A stretch of 57,666 nucleotides of DNA, counting the filler, from Diploschistes diacapsis (Eukaryota): assembly GCA_023645945.1 (NCBI GenBank). It is 4 parts of 4 records of this genome, joined end to end, with 100 filler letters (N's around TTAATTAATTAA, not from the genome) between each part and the next. Parts side by side here need not be neighbours in the genome. Positions count along the whole stretch, not along the records: positions 25,898 to 57,666 come from JALAIB010000114.1; 3 more parts are not named here. One strand, written 5' to 3'. Both the position numbers and the translations under genes were made by a program. Under the pieces are notes generated by a model. That model searched no databases. It worked only from the letters and a program-made list of their open reading frames with translations, and had not been told where the DNA came from. The first letter of the stretch is position 1, and every line of letters starts with the position of its first letter. This document shows, one piece after another, positions 47,101 through 57,666 of the stretch.

Positions 47101-47465
47101 GCAACAAAGCTTCTGACGGCCACGGTGCGGGATTCAGAAACACGCCGCCACCCTTCTCACCAAATGCCATTCCAGCATTCCAGCCTCCAGACCGAGGCCC
47201 GGCAGCTCTTAACAGGAACAGCAGCTATGAGAATGGCGCTACAGGGGGCGGCTGGACCCAGGTAGGCGGAACGGGTCTAAATGCCGAGATGAATGTGAGA
47301 GATCGTGCGGGTAAGGGTGTAGTGGATAGCGCAGTCCATAGTGGCAGACGCTTGAGCAGGCGGGTGAGCGGCATGTCGGCGAGAGAGGTGGACAATGCAC
47401 ACAAGGAGGTGCTGAGGCGTATGCAGGCTGGGGCCAACAAAGCTCTGGCAAGAGATGATAGGTGA
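44106..47465 (+). CDS. TM7S3/TMEM198-like (DUF4203) multi-pass membrane protein with a long disordered C-terminus
   Basis: Signal peptide MRLSRPLMRAFLFFYL…, then LPPEITPG…GAFLILSG, EGLGCASGGFALSMW, SFSGATAIILGIDCF…GLKEFW, YPITRG, and the conserved SKVVLQFRTNEWAKHL. Confidence 0.85.
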   Translation: MRLSRPLMRAFLFFYLKYTITLASGNQLPPDGGSITLSAASVSSSSSASSIGSASPSSRHSIEFAESSLSTASASLFAATTASVSARVTAVTTSASAVNTNTTEAMGSNDGSLPLPPEITPGLSLAGAFLILSGVTYNLIGVKNQATQIFISTAYLIALAITVLLVYVVNPPISDAVQAAYFVAAFLPAVGLGGVSLVFKDITEGLGCASGGFALSMWFLVLKPGGTLTNTVSKAIFISCFTAGTYMLYFSHHIRSYVIIGATSFSGATAIILGIDCFALAGLKEFWVYIWGLNAKLFPEQQDTYPITRGMTVEIAGIVVLTFFGILSQLRIWKIVQARREKEEMDRSDNERQRDEEEAELGRRLQAGQERERREWERIYGDKKKSSVFSTEVANDEKRSTSIGARGVGEQIEMARASPIPSAASTSRRASASGTSVRQIIVPVAVDDDITPVVSDESRNQSPFWTIPSTLTASPNSSVDELATNKAKETKTRGPELVPLPFTITATGTERRSEDSCSGLSLANTKHSSEGSPGKQHMPPLSRKVFNHVKNPSETTLTSLEAQVGESVSSAQRSAFLTHSAVERETTENTYLKDAGANPLTTRMNTEVDGDPTTLSQTSAAAAVGGNTVGDSQSWPLRSEKKSVEETKVPDRMSSEPSAVPIDAQMEEHKLPTPPHHSSEPSSPRSTASRGCMDKHEAPGNGIEGHLQHALSEDTMSKVVLQFRTNEWAKHLEAAERPGPDVFASSESPTEEPISVVNEEELLKTPLTAQPATAPLAPRQRTAPANPKNSQSSPDLEERRAYARIPSPGVQDTLAAQRPDVPRNDSSSSRQALKRSSMNSESKRQSLRSPFPPFQPSRNSLVTSPIAEDAVASFPLKKCFEPTISSGPHGTSMPSRRSVTDPSPSFTQHMLQNQTSPQPTSPNAGTTAALPNENLPLSQRKFYLRQSTSGNLSSRTPAHPSVSEKTSYQQIYPPSQSQPQQTIPEHTLRRASMLADWRRNKASDGHGAGFRNTPPPFSPNAIPAFQPPDRGPAALNRNSSYENGATGGGWTQVGGTGLNAEMNVRDRAGKGVVDSAVHSGRRLSRRVSGMSAREVDNAHKEVLRRMQAGANKALARDDR

Positions 47466-47795
47466 AGAGACTGAGTGCGGAAAAGATTGCCGTAAGAATT
47501 AAGATACCCTCTGCTGTTTTAATGCAAGTCTGGATACAAGGCACTTGCATGGTGTGGCGTTGCTTGAGATTCAGGTTTGATTTTGGGCGAGCGTTGTGAC
47601 CTCTAGTACATAATAACATGGCGGATAGAAACAACAAATCTTACCTCACATCGACGACTGTCGCACAAAAGCAGCAGCGAGGTTAATAAATGTATTAACA
47701 ACCCCAGGGACGTTGTCCTCTCCTGTTCGTGGGACCATCGCTCAGATACGGTTATGGAGTACTGTACTTGCCTGGGTATACGGAGAGACATCCCA

Positions 47796-47838
47796 CGCCT
47801 GCCTGCCTGCCTGCCTGCCTGCTTGCCTGCCTGCCTGC
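47796..47838. repeat. (GCCT)n microsatellite
   Basis: About 10 tandem copies. Confidence 0.85.
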
Positions 47839-48961
47839 GTTGCTGCACTTAGCAAGTACTAGGTAAAGGATGCCGGTTCGGGACTCCTCTTCAAGTTCCT
47901 TCGGCTACAGCATAGACCCAGCAGGTAGGTACCACTAAGGTGCTCGCTGCATCACCTCTTGCATCGGGCTTTCCTTTTTAAACGGAGCCGATATCTCGAA
48001 GCGGCGTCAGGCGTCCTGCAGACTCCTCGACCTTGGGGGAAAAGGAAAAGCACGTTTCAAATCATCTACCCACCAGGTACTTGCCTTTTTGGTTCCCATG
48101 ATGGACCAAGCTCCGATTGAGCAGCGGCCAATAAGACGGAACGAATCTCCCCTTCTCTCAGCAGCAGCAGCAGCAGCAGCAGCAGAACTGGACTCAGCGA
48201 GCCCCTCAAGCTACTATATACTCTCCTTCACATACACTAGGGAGGCAGTAGGGAGGCATCAAGAGCTCTGCAAGGTTCCCTCTAGCTCAGCATTTCTTCT
48301 TTTCTGGACGCTCGAGCTGGTGGGCAGTCTCATGCACCGACGTCTTTGAAGGCTACTACTACCACTACTACTACTACTACATAGGGGTAGGGATAGCCGT
48401 ATAATAGGTAGTGCGACCGACTTCCTTTTGCTGGGAGCTTCCTGCCTGGCAATTTTCTTTCTCATACATTGAAGCTCATTCCCCCCCATGCATGTGGTCC
48501 GCGGGACTCCGAGGTTGGACCTTCAAGTCCAATCCTCACCTCTCGCCTCCTTAATCTCGCTTCCCTAATCTCGCTTCTCTGCCCTCAAGCTGTCTGACGC
48601 ACAGTGGCAAAATCCAAAATCCAAAATCCAATACCCTTTAACGGCAGGAACAAGGCATGACTTCCCCCTCATCCATCCCTTTCCAGGAAGCAAGCGCCTC
48701 CAGGCTTGACGCTGTGAGTGACGGTGGGGTACCAGTACAGCCCCCTATATCTTCTCCCTCTGCCCTCTTGCACTTCTTCCTCTCTTCTTTTTTTCTTCTC
48801 GTCATTCGTTTCCGTTTCTCTGGTTTGTCTTCCGTTCTGCACATCCAGCCGTACTCTCTTTTGGTCTTCCACCGTTGGTTCTCTTGCTCTGTTCAAACAA
48901 GCATCCCGATTCGTCTAGTCCTTCTCGATTTCACCCAGCTGGTTCCTTTGGAGCGGGCAAG

Positions 48962-51900
48962 ATGAGGACCCTGTTATTGCCCGTGGCGGGCTTAGTAGCC
49001 AGGGCTTCTGCTGCTATGTGAGTTTGATTGACCTCCAGCTCCTTTCCTGTTCTCTCTTGTGTCATGCTTTGTCCATTCTAGGCTGTCCTCGATAAGATGG
49101 GAGGGAGCTAGTATGGTTGAGCTTGAGCTTCTCGATACCCTCTCTGGAGGTGATCTTTGTTGGGCTTTTGAGCTTGATGCCAAAAAGGCCTCAAAGAGTA
49201 TTTGATCAAGCATGACGACGCACCCTCACTCAAGGCTCTGGTGCCTCCTCTGTATTTTGGCTCACACCTTGAACTCTCTGCTTCGCTCACTTGCTGAGCT
49301 CATTGATTGGCCAAGCTAACCCGTTTTTCAGCTTTGCCAGTAGCGGCAGTTCAGCCCCTTTGTTCACGACGTCAACCGTATACACAACGCAAGAACTCAC
49401 AGTCGTCTCCTGTGCTCCTTCGGTCACCGATTGCCCTGCTGCATCTACCATTGTCACAGTAATTACAATACCACAATACACTACAATCTGTCCTGTGGCG
49501 GCTTCTATCGGCCCTACAGCTCCTGGCTCTTCGGCAGGCCCAACAACGCCTGACACGCCTGGTGGTTCAATTACAAACCCCGGCGGATCAATTACCACGG
49601 CTCCTGACTCTTCGGCAAGCGTAACGCCTGACATACCAGGGGGTTCTATTACAAACCCTGGCGGACCAATCATCACAGCTTCTGGTGGTATCGTTTCGTC
49701 GCCCTCCCCCTCGATCCCTTTGTCTTTGGGTCCCGGTACCCCTGGTGGGGTTTCTGCTCCGTCATATGCTGCATCTGTCCCTGGATCCTCGGTTTTTGCG
49801 TCGGGTTCGGATTCCTCAAGCTCAAGCGGTGTCTCTGGTCAATCAAGTCCATCATCCACTCCGCTGACGAGCGCTCCTGCACCAATATCGGGCTCTGGTC
49901 CGTCGAGTGTCTCTAGTGCCCTAGGCCCTGGTCCTTCAGCTTCTGGATCAACAGATTCTTCCACTGTCTCAAGGTCGGGTCCTTCAACCTCTGGATCATC
50001 AGGTCCTTCCGCTGTCTCAAGCTCGGGTCCCTCATTTTCTGGATCGTCAAGTCCTTCCACTGCTCCAGCTTCGGATTCTTCGGTTTCTGCTACTACCCTG
50101 GGTCCCTCGACTTCTACCCCATCGTCGAGCCCCTTGACTTCTAATCTGTCCGGTCCGTCTATTGTTCCAGGCTCGGTTGTCTCCGCCTCGGGTGCATCAA
50201 CGTCTTCCACCGTAGTCAGCTTAATGACTTCTGGTGGAGCATCCACTTCTGGACAGACTGGTGTTTCTGCTGCTCCAAGTGGTGGATCTTCGGGTTCAGT
50301 CCCAGCCTCTGGTTCCCCATCTACTTCAGGCCAATCGGGACCATCAAGCGCTCCGGGCACTGGGCCATCAGGTTCCAGCCCGACCTCGAGTCAATCAGGT
50401 TCCCCAAGTGCTCCGGGCTCCGCGACCTCCGGCTTGGCACCTGGCCAATCAAGCTTGACTTCAGCAACAGCTTCTATGACATCGGGCTCAGCTTCAGGTT
50501 CTGGGCCAGCGACTCCCGGAATCACGCCGTCTGTGTCCATTTTTACGAGCTTATCGCTTGTTCCGTCAGCTGGTGCTTCGAGCCTGTCGAGTTCTGCTTC
50601 GGTGATTCAAACCTCGGGCTCTGCTTCAGGATCAGGCTCTGTGCCTGGTCCGTCAACCACTTCGGCAGCTGCATCTGGTTCTCAAGGCTCCACCCCTGCT
50701 TCTAGTCAGTCAAGTTCATCGTCTGTCGGGTCAACTTCCCAAGGCTTAGGCTCCCCATCCACTGTGCCAAGCGGCCCAGCTTCGCAAGCGGCTAGTAGTG
50801 CTAGTGGTAGCGGCTCGCCAACAGGTCCACTCAGCCTTTCCACTGATTCTGTCACGGCACCTACGCCTGTTTCTACATCGGCAATCGCAATCTTTAGCAG
50901 CTCTGCGGCTCCAACTAGTGGTGTCGTCACCGTCCCTGTCACTACAACCTACCTGACCGTGGTCACGCCCGGCAACGGTGCAAGCACAGGCTCGGTAGGT
51001 ACTTCCGGACCTAGTTCAAAGACTGGAGCAAGCGCTAGTGAAAGCCCAAGCTCTATTGGAAGCCCAAGCACCGGTGGAAGTCCAAGCACCGGTGGAAGTC
51101 CAAGCACCGGTGGAAGTCCAAGCTCTATTGGAAGCCCAAGCACCGGTGGAAGTCCAAGTTCTGCAGGCAGCCCAAGCTCTACTGGAAGTCCAAGCACCGG
51201 TGGAAGTCCAAGTTCTGCAGGCAGCCCAAGCTCTGCTGCAAGTCCAAGTACTGGCGGAAGTCCAAGTTCTGCAGGCAGCCCAAGCTCTGCTGCAAGTCCA
51301 AGTACCGGCGGAAGTCCAAGTTCTGCAGGCAGCCCAAGCTCTGCTGCAAGTCCAAGTACCAGCGGAAGTCCAAGTTCTGCAGGCAGCCCAAGCTCGACTG
51401 AAAGTCCAAGCACCGGTGGAAGTCCAAGTTCTGCAGGCAGCCCAAGCTCTGCTGGAAGCTCAGGCTCTCCGGCTTCTGCATCAGGCTCGGATGTTGCATC
51501 TACTTCGGCTAGTGCCACTAGTCCTGGCGAAAGCCCCAGTCCCTCGGGTACGGCGTCCGGTCCTGCCTCTGGCCCTAGCTTATCACTTGGACCAAGCTCT
51601 GCTGGAAGCCTCGGCTCCCCCACCGCTTCATCTGGACCAAGCTCTGCTGGTGGCGTCAGTACCTTTTCTGGATCGGGCTCGGGTTCTGTGAGCAGTCCAG
51701 GTGCCCAGTCCAGCTCGCCAGCAACCGGTAGCAGCCCAACTATTGCGTCTTACCCTCAGGCCACCATACCGCTGCCAGGGCCGACAGTACCAGCACCACA
51801 GAGCTCTCCTTCTGTATCAGTCGTCATTCCGCCGAGCTCAATCCCAATTGTTCCGCCCAATGCCACTCCTAATGCAGCGTCGACATCCGCAGTTGCAGTT

Positions 51901-53505
51901 GCAAGCTCTACTTCGGTACCGCCGTCGCCATCGTCGACTCAACCAGCAAACTACTCGGGTAGTCTGTCATATCCGACCTCGGGAAGCAATTCGATCACGC
52001 CAGTCCCAGGTAGTTCCTTGGCAGCCACGACCTTGGGCTCATCACAGACACTTGTTGTAAGTGCCAGCCTCAGCTTAGTGTCGACTACGCCAGTGTCGTT
52101 GCCTTCCGGAGCAGGCTCTGCTTCTGCTACTCTGTCTACAAGCATTATCCCAGTCGTACCGCTCTCGTCGCTTTCTGGCGCTGGTTCTATTCCTACCGGC
52201 TCATCGACTGGTCTTTCACCCGTGGTACCTCTCTCTTCCCTTACTGAGGCTGGATCGGTTTCTGCTAGCGTGTCCACTAGCGTGGTGCCAGTTATACCGC
52301 TTCCTTCTCTTTCCGGCGTCGGCTCCGTGCCCACTGGCCCCTCTAGCGGTGCTACGTCTGTTGCACCATCATCGTCGTCTACTGGAGCTGAATCTGTAAC
52401 TGCTAGCATATCTACTACTGTCGTCCCCGTTGTACCAGTTTCATCTGGCTCTCTTGTCGGTTCTGCTCCCGCTGGTGCCTCCACCTCTGCCCTTGCAGTG
52501 TTTTCTTCGGTCCCGGCCTCTACAGCGTCTGATGCTTCTCCAGCTGGTCCAACGTCTGCTCCAGGATCGGGTACAGGCTCGAGTGCTGGTGCCGTGTCAG
52601 CCACCACAATCTTATCGCTTGTCACGCCACCAGCCTATTCAGGGCCTCGTGGTGGTTCTACCACCCTGGACGTTACCACCTCAGCTCTGCCAATCTTCTC
52701 AACGCTTCCACAGTCCTCTGTTCTTGGTCAATCATCTGCATCTGCTGCTACAGGTGGTTCCACAGCCCCTGCCGGTGGCACAAGTCCTGAAGTATCTGGC
52801 TCTGCGACTTCTGCCGGTGGTGCATCCGCTTCTGCTGGTTCTGGAAACTCTGCATCTCCATCTTCCGCAGTACAACCTGGAACCACTACCGGTGCAGCGG
52901 GCGGTGGCTCTCCTCCACCCTACTCTTTTCAAACAGCTCCTTCGATTTCCCCTGCCCCTGCTACGGGAGCCTCAGGTTCCAGCGCCCCAAGTTCGGCCTC
53001 TGCCGGGGGTGCAAGCCCCTCAAGTCCCGTAGGAGGAGCTTCGGGTACAGGTGGAGCGAGCCAGCCTGGGGGAGCAACGCAGTCTGGCTCTGCAGGAGGC
53101 GCAAGCCAATCCGGTGGCGCTAGCCCATCGGACTCTACTAGTGGAGCGAGTCCAACAGGATCTTCAGGAGGGGCTCCGGCATCAGGTGGAGCAGGCTCAA
53201 GTCTAGCGGGCGGCTCTCCTCCGACTGCGTCTTCTGCTGCTGCCACTGCCGCTTCGTCCGGTTCAGACCAAGGAACCCCACCGGCATACACTGTTGTTCC
53301 TGTCGGCCCTTCGTCTTACACCACCATTGTCACCACGCGAGCGAACGCCACCGCTTCGGCAGCTGATGCATCCGGAGTTACTGGCGGATCAGGTGCTTCA
53401 GGATACCCAACCTCCAGCGCTGCACCTTATGCGACCGCTGCCGCTGCCAAGTTTGGGGCGAACGGTCTTTTCGGAGTGGCCATCGTGGCCATGGGACTTT
53501 TATGA
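48962..53505 (+). CDS. GPI-anchored Ser/Thr/Pro/Gly-rich cell-wall mucin/adhesin-like protein
   Basis: Exon1 48962-49017 encodes signal peptide MRTLLLPVAGLVARASAA. Intron 49018-49331 (GTGAGT..GCTAAC..CAG) joins in frame to the 1404-aa ORF. Contains the TTSTVYTT…SCAPSVTDCPA motif and a C-terminal GPI signal …AAAAKFGANGLFGVAIVAMGLL. Confidence 0.85.
51041..51460 (+). repeat. Coding minisatellite, 18-bp units (xxGSPS) with a 54-bp higher-order unit
   Basis: Repeated AGYCCAAGY core; the peptide TGGSPS-SAGSPS-SAASPS recurs. Confidence 0.9.
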
Positions 53506-54595
53506 GGCGGTTGATGCTAATGGACAGAGTAAGGGGTGTTGCTATACAGGGAGCTGGCTGCATGACAACCATTATCGGGAACGGACTTACGAATTACGAG
53601 CATGCATATACGACGCTTTCTTGCTATTATTGATGGACCAGGTGGGGGTCAATATGTATGGTAGTTGTATGCAATAGTGGCTAGATTGCCTTAATTCAAA
53701 AGTAATTTGAGTCCTTGATTCTCCTATATACAAAAGGCGACATGGCGAACTACAGTTATTGCAAAGGCAATGTTGGTTTGTTGCTTGTAGGGCCTCCTCG
53801 AGCGCCAGATGGCCACCATGGTTGCAAATAGTCTGCCTCTTACTGAAGACTTGAAAGTATTACCTCCAGTGACTACTATTACGAGACCTGGCTGCCCAAG
53901 TATATCAGTTGAATAGTTAGCCGCCCGGTTGAAGCACCTTTTTCAAAAGCTGCCTTTAAAAGGATCGAATTGGCGTCCCAAAGCACTGGAACCCGTTCCC
54001 TCAAAGTATTGAAACGCTCGTGCAGCCCAGTCCAGCAAAAGATTCCACGCCAAGCAAGGATCAAAATAATTTTTAACGAGCTTAGATAATTACACCGAAT
54101 TATGGACTTTATTCAGATAGCACCACAAAGCGTACCATGGATCCGAGAGAGAGAGCGAGGACCGAGGAAGGCGAAAATAAAAATGGAAGGATAGAGTACG
54201 GTACAGTAGTTAAAGTACGGTACGGTACGAGAGGAGAGGGGAAGGGAAGGGAAGGAAGGATCCATGCCAATGCCCATGCCCCATGCCCAAGCCAATGCTA
54301 ATGCTAATGTCAAGGCCAGTGCCGCCGCTGTTGTCGATGCCAATGTCAATAGCGCCGTCGCTGCTATCCATGCCGCTGGTAAAGATTCGCCAAACGCTTC
54401 TGAACACAATCCATGCCTTTGGAGGAAGGCTCGAGGCCTGCGCCATCTTCAAAACCTGTACAACCCCCTCTATCGTCTTTCGTCTTTCCTTTTTCCCTCT
54501 TCAAAGCCCCGTACGAAAATGTATTCGCGACCCTGCGACTGTGAGAAGCATACGATGCAAGTGTAAAATGCAGAGGCACCGCTGCCCAGGCCGGG

Positions 54596-56773
54596 TCAGG
54601 CCACTTCGCTTCGCCCCATCGCGGCGCCATCAGCCGTGCTCTCGGCCGGAGTTGCTGAGACCGCAGCGCCCGTTGCGGCAGTTACCGTTTCCGGTTCCGG
54701 CGGCTTGTGCTCCAGCGACGGAGCCTCCTCCCTGCCCTCTGCATCGGAGTTCGCACGAGCAGCGGCGCCACCGAGCCCCGGCCCTGTCGGACTCTTGTTG
54801 TCGCCGCCCTCGAACAGCTTCGTTGCGAGAGCGAGGGGAGGCGTCTGCGCCTCGGATCCGTGTTCTCCGTCGTCGTGCGGAGCGCCGTCCACCGTTGCCG
54901 TTGCCGTGGCCCCTCCTCCTCCTCCTCCTCCTCTTCCTGCGGGACCTGTGTTCGCCCTCGACCTCGCGGGCCCGAGCACCGGCGTCTCGTGCCCCTGTGC
55001 CTGCCCGGGCTTCGCTTCGCCGACAACCATGACCCGCGGGTCCGGAATGACGAGGTCGAGGCACAGGAATCCCGTGCGCCGCAGGTGTACCGCTTCCACC
55101 AGCTCCCCTTCCTCTCCCGCTCTCTCCCGCTGCCTCTCCTCGTTCCAGGAGTCGATGATCCTTTCCATCTCCTTCACCCCGCTCTTGCTCTTGCTCAGCC
55201 CAAAATCCTCCCAGAGCCAGCCCGTCAGGAGGCCCATGACGGCGTCCGCCCACGCCCGAGGCCCGCTGGGGTCGAAGGTTTGGCACAGCACACGGTTCAA
55301 ATGCTCGATCAGGCGCCGGAAATCGACTTCCCGGATCCATGGGCTCAGGATCTCGGGGTAGACGTTGGAGAGGACTGGGTAGAGGTCGCCGGCTACCATC
55401 CAGTCGCGGGGTATGCGGATGATGCGGGTGGAGGAGAAGAGCGGGGAGGAGAGAGGGACGTGGGAGTTGATGTGCGGGTAGCAGGGATGGGTTGCGTTCC
55501 AGGGTAGCGAGTTGTTGGAGGCAGGACGGGGGTTGTTGGATGGTTGCTGTTGTTGTTGCTGTTGGCTTTGCTGGTGGACGGTGGCAGCGGATAGAGCGTT
55601 TTTGCTCGTGTTGATGCTGGGTGAGGCAAGTTCAGGGTCATGTGGGGTGTGGGGGACGGACGGGATGGGTGGTTCGTAAGCAGGCGAGAGGGGTTTCGGG
55701 GGAGAGGCTGATTGTGGAATTTGTGGGATGGGTTGTGGTTCTTGCGGTAAATTTCGTGAGGATGTGCGGGACAGAGAGGGGGTAGGTGTCGTTGGAAACG
55801 TACGTGGTGGTGCATCTTTATCCGGAGGCGTCGGCGATGGGTCGGAAGCAGGAGAATGGGGGAGAGGAACGCCGGAAGGAGTCGGCGAGAGCGACGCGCG
55901 CGAGGAAGCCATTGGTGTGGGTGGAAGAGTTTTGTCAGTATTTGGAGGGTCGTACCGGAGTACGCCGTCAAGGCTGGCGAAGAGCGGCTGGAAGATGTGT
56001 GGTGGTAGGGCAACGCTGGGTATCGAGCTCCTTCTGAGCTGTGTAGCTCCTCTGGCCGAGTGCGCTTCTATAGCTTTTGAAAGAGCTTCAGGAGCAAGTT
56101 TTTCTAAGCTATTGGCCTTTGCGCTGGCTGACGGTGGCGATGCTGGTCTTGTAGGCTGCTTCCGATGATTCTCGCCTCTTTCGTGACTGCGTCTCTCAGG
56201 TCGAGGAAATCGGGGTGTGCTGTTTTGCGGGTTTACGAGACTCGATCGTGGAGGAAGCGACGTTGGGGATTGACTCTTTTTATTCTCGACAATGCGGAAA
56301 AGGGGACGATGCGAAGGTTCAGGAGGCTTTGCAGCTGGAGGTCTTGTAGGAGGGATGAAGGATCGGGGACGCAGACCGTTTGGCGACTTGGGTGTTGTCA
56401 CCAGGACTCGAGGTTCAGGCGGGGTTGGCAGGAAGATGATTGAGCTCTCGGCATCGGTTGTGCGATCACCATGCTTGTCGTCGTTGTCGTTATCGTCGAC
56501 ACCGTCTTTCTTGAAGTGGGAGAGGGATGATGGTGATGCATGTTGAGTCGAAGCAGCAGCAAAACTGGATTCTGGTGGAAATGCCGTGATGACGGAGTTG
56601 GAGCCGTGTTTGGCCGAGGGAAATTTGGTGGTGTCTAGCAAGTTCAATTTGTTTGGCGTGAAAGAAGATGCTCCCTTTTCAACAATATTTTGCTTTCTTG
56701 TATTCGTTCTCTTTCTTCCGTTCTTTAGGTGTACGATTTCCCATAGGAGGGCAGTATGATAAACACATGGCAT
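54596..56773 (-). CDS. ERF4/Golgin A7-domain protein (Ras palmitoyltransferase accessory subunit-like); start uncertain
   Basis: WNATHPCYPHINSHVPLSSPLFSSTRIIRIPRDWMVAGD…YPEIL…FDP…GLLTGWLWED…LRRTGFLCLD, preceded by a long Pro/Ser-rich N-terminus. Confidence 0.8.
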   Translation of the reverse strand: MPCVYHTALLWEIVHLKNGRKRTNTRKQNIVEKGASSFTPNKLNLLDTTKFPSAKHGSNSVITAFPPESSFAAASTQHASPSSLSHFKKDGVDDNDNDDKHGDRTTDAESSIIFLPTPPEPRVLVTTPKSPNGLRPRSFIPPTRPPAAKPPEPSHRPLFRIVENKKSQSPTSLPPRSSLVNPQNSTPRFPRPERRSHERGENHRKQPTRPASPPSASAKANSLEKLAPEALSKAIEAHSARGATQLRRSSIPSVALPPHIFQPLFASLDGVLRYDPPNTDKTLPPTPMASSRASLSPTPSGVPLPHSPASDPSPTPPDKDAPPRTFPTTPTPSLSRTSSRNLPQEPQPIPQIPQSASPPKPLSPAYEPPIPSVPHTPHDPELASPSINTSKNALSAATVHQQSQQQQQQQPSNNPRPASNNSLPWNATHPCYPHINSHVPLSSPLFSSTRIIRIPRDWMVAGDLYPVLSNVYPEILSPWIREVDFRRLIEHLNRVLCQTFDPSGPRAWADAVMGLLTGWLWEDFGLSKSKSGVKEMERIIDSWNEERQRERAGEEGELVEAVHLRRTGFLCLDLVIPDPRVMVVGEAKPGQAQGHETPVLGPARSRANTGPAGRGGGGGGGATATATVDGAPHDDGEHGSEAQTPPLALATKLFEGGDNKSPTGPGLGGAAARANSDAEGREEAPSLEHKPPEPETVTAATGAAVSATPAESTADGAAMGRSEVA

Positions 56774-57666
56774 GCATTAGTGAGGCAAGATGACTCCTCA
56801 TCGGCAAAGAGTTGCTGAGGCGTAGGGAGCACACTCTTCTTCAATCCTTCTGAACACAGTATGCTGATTCACTTATCGAACATTGTTTGTCACGCAAAAA
56901 GGATTGGGGTTGAACTAGCGTTTTATGTGCCTGCGCAGTGCTAGTAGTATTACTGGTCTTAAGAATCGGCTTCCCACCATCCTGGGCCTTTTGTTGGTAG
57001 AAAACAACAATTTAAGAGGTCTATAAGGGTGCAAATGTTGCGCCGAACATCGCCTCGACTGCTCCTTGTTCACGGCCCATCACCGTGCCTTAGCTTTGAC
57101 ATCCGTAGGCCAATAGTTCTGTAGGATGTTCGTACAACATTGATAGTTCGAGCCCGCTGCCTGTTCTTCTTAATCTGACATGCAGTAGCACCAAGATCTT
57201 TGTGATCATAGGCGGTGTGTGCTTGAGCATGGCTGGATCGGGATAGGCATACCGCCAATATGTGATGTAGCACTTTACGACAGGTCTCTGGCCAGTGCTT
57301 GTGGGTTGTGCAACTGGAACAGTTGAAATTATAAGGCTCAACATGGATACGTAAGTGCATGGATCTTTATCTTGAAAGTATAAGAAGTCGCGTGGCAGTG
57401 CGGCAGCAGTAGCATCTCTTTAAATAAAAACTATCGGTATCTAGTCTAGTTATGAGCAGAGTATTACATCGTAGGTTTTTGCACAGAAAAGTGAACTTAG
57501 GCGCTTTCTTAAAGCGGTTACACGCACCACCACCACGTAGGTCAATAGCAGCATGCCAGTATATATTCCTTCCCCATGCTAGAACTTCACACCCGGCCAC
57601 AGCATTAAGCCACGCGCCTCCCCCCTCCCTCTCCGCACTGCCCGCCTCTCAACACCTCCACCGCCA

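Noticed and set aside
51041..51460. Regular repeat array resembling CRISPR
   Set aside because: Eukaryotic context, no unique spacers, and it is an in-frame coding minisatellite.

Overview
Filamentous ascomycete (Pezizomycotina) genomic DNA made of four contigs joined by artificial 100-nt N44-TTAATTAATTAA-N44 linkers. Contigs 2-4 (8643-57666) are mostly ordinary intron-containing housekeeping genes: UaY/PPR1-type Zn2Cys6 factor with a long polyQ, MFS transporter, SmD2, DAK, SNF4, IMP1, aminopeptidase P, aldo-keto reductase, SNF2 ATPase, glutathione synthetase, DUF4203 protein, GPI-anchored mucin and an ERF4-domain protein. One orphan secreted protein sits among them. Contig 1 (1-8542) is an accessory region that the ORF track largely misses. 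Manual translation of the minus strand at 7039-8113 gives a RIP-mutated DUF3435 tyrosine recombinase (Starship 'captain'), apparently interrupted by the 3' LTR of a Gypsy-like retroelement. Downstream of the captain (leftwards, the expected cargo side) lie a decayed spliced gene, an intact Kelch-repeat single-pass membrane protein gene, and a frameshifted NB-ARC-TPR NLR. The NLR's unannotated first exon encodes only a 41-aa PP/RHIM-like amyloid signalling motif (…SFINDGARVGVQAGQYNAYGDTNVQYH…). Best hypothesis: a decaying Starship carrying an amyloid-signalling immune receptor. All family assignments come from motif recognition by eye; no searches were run.
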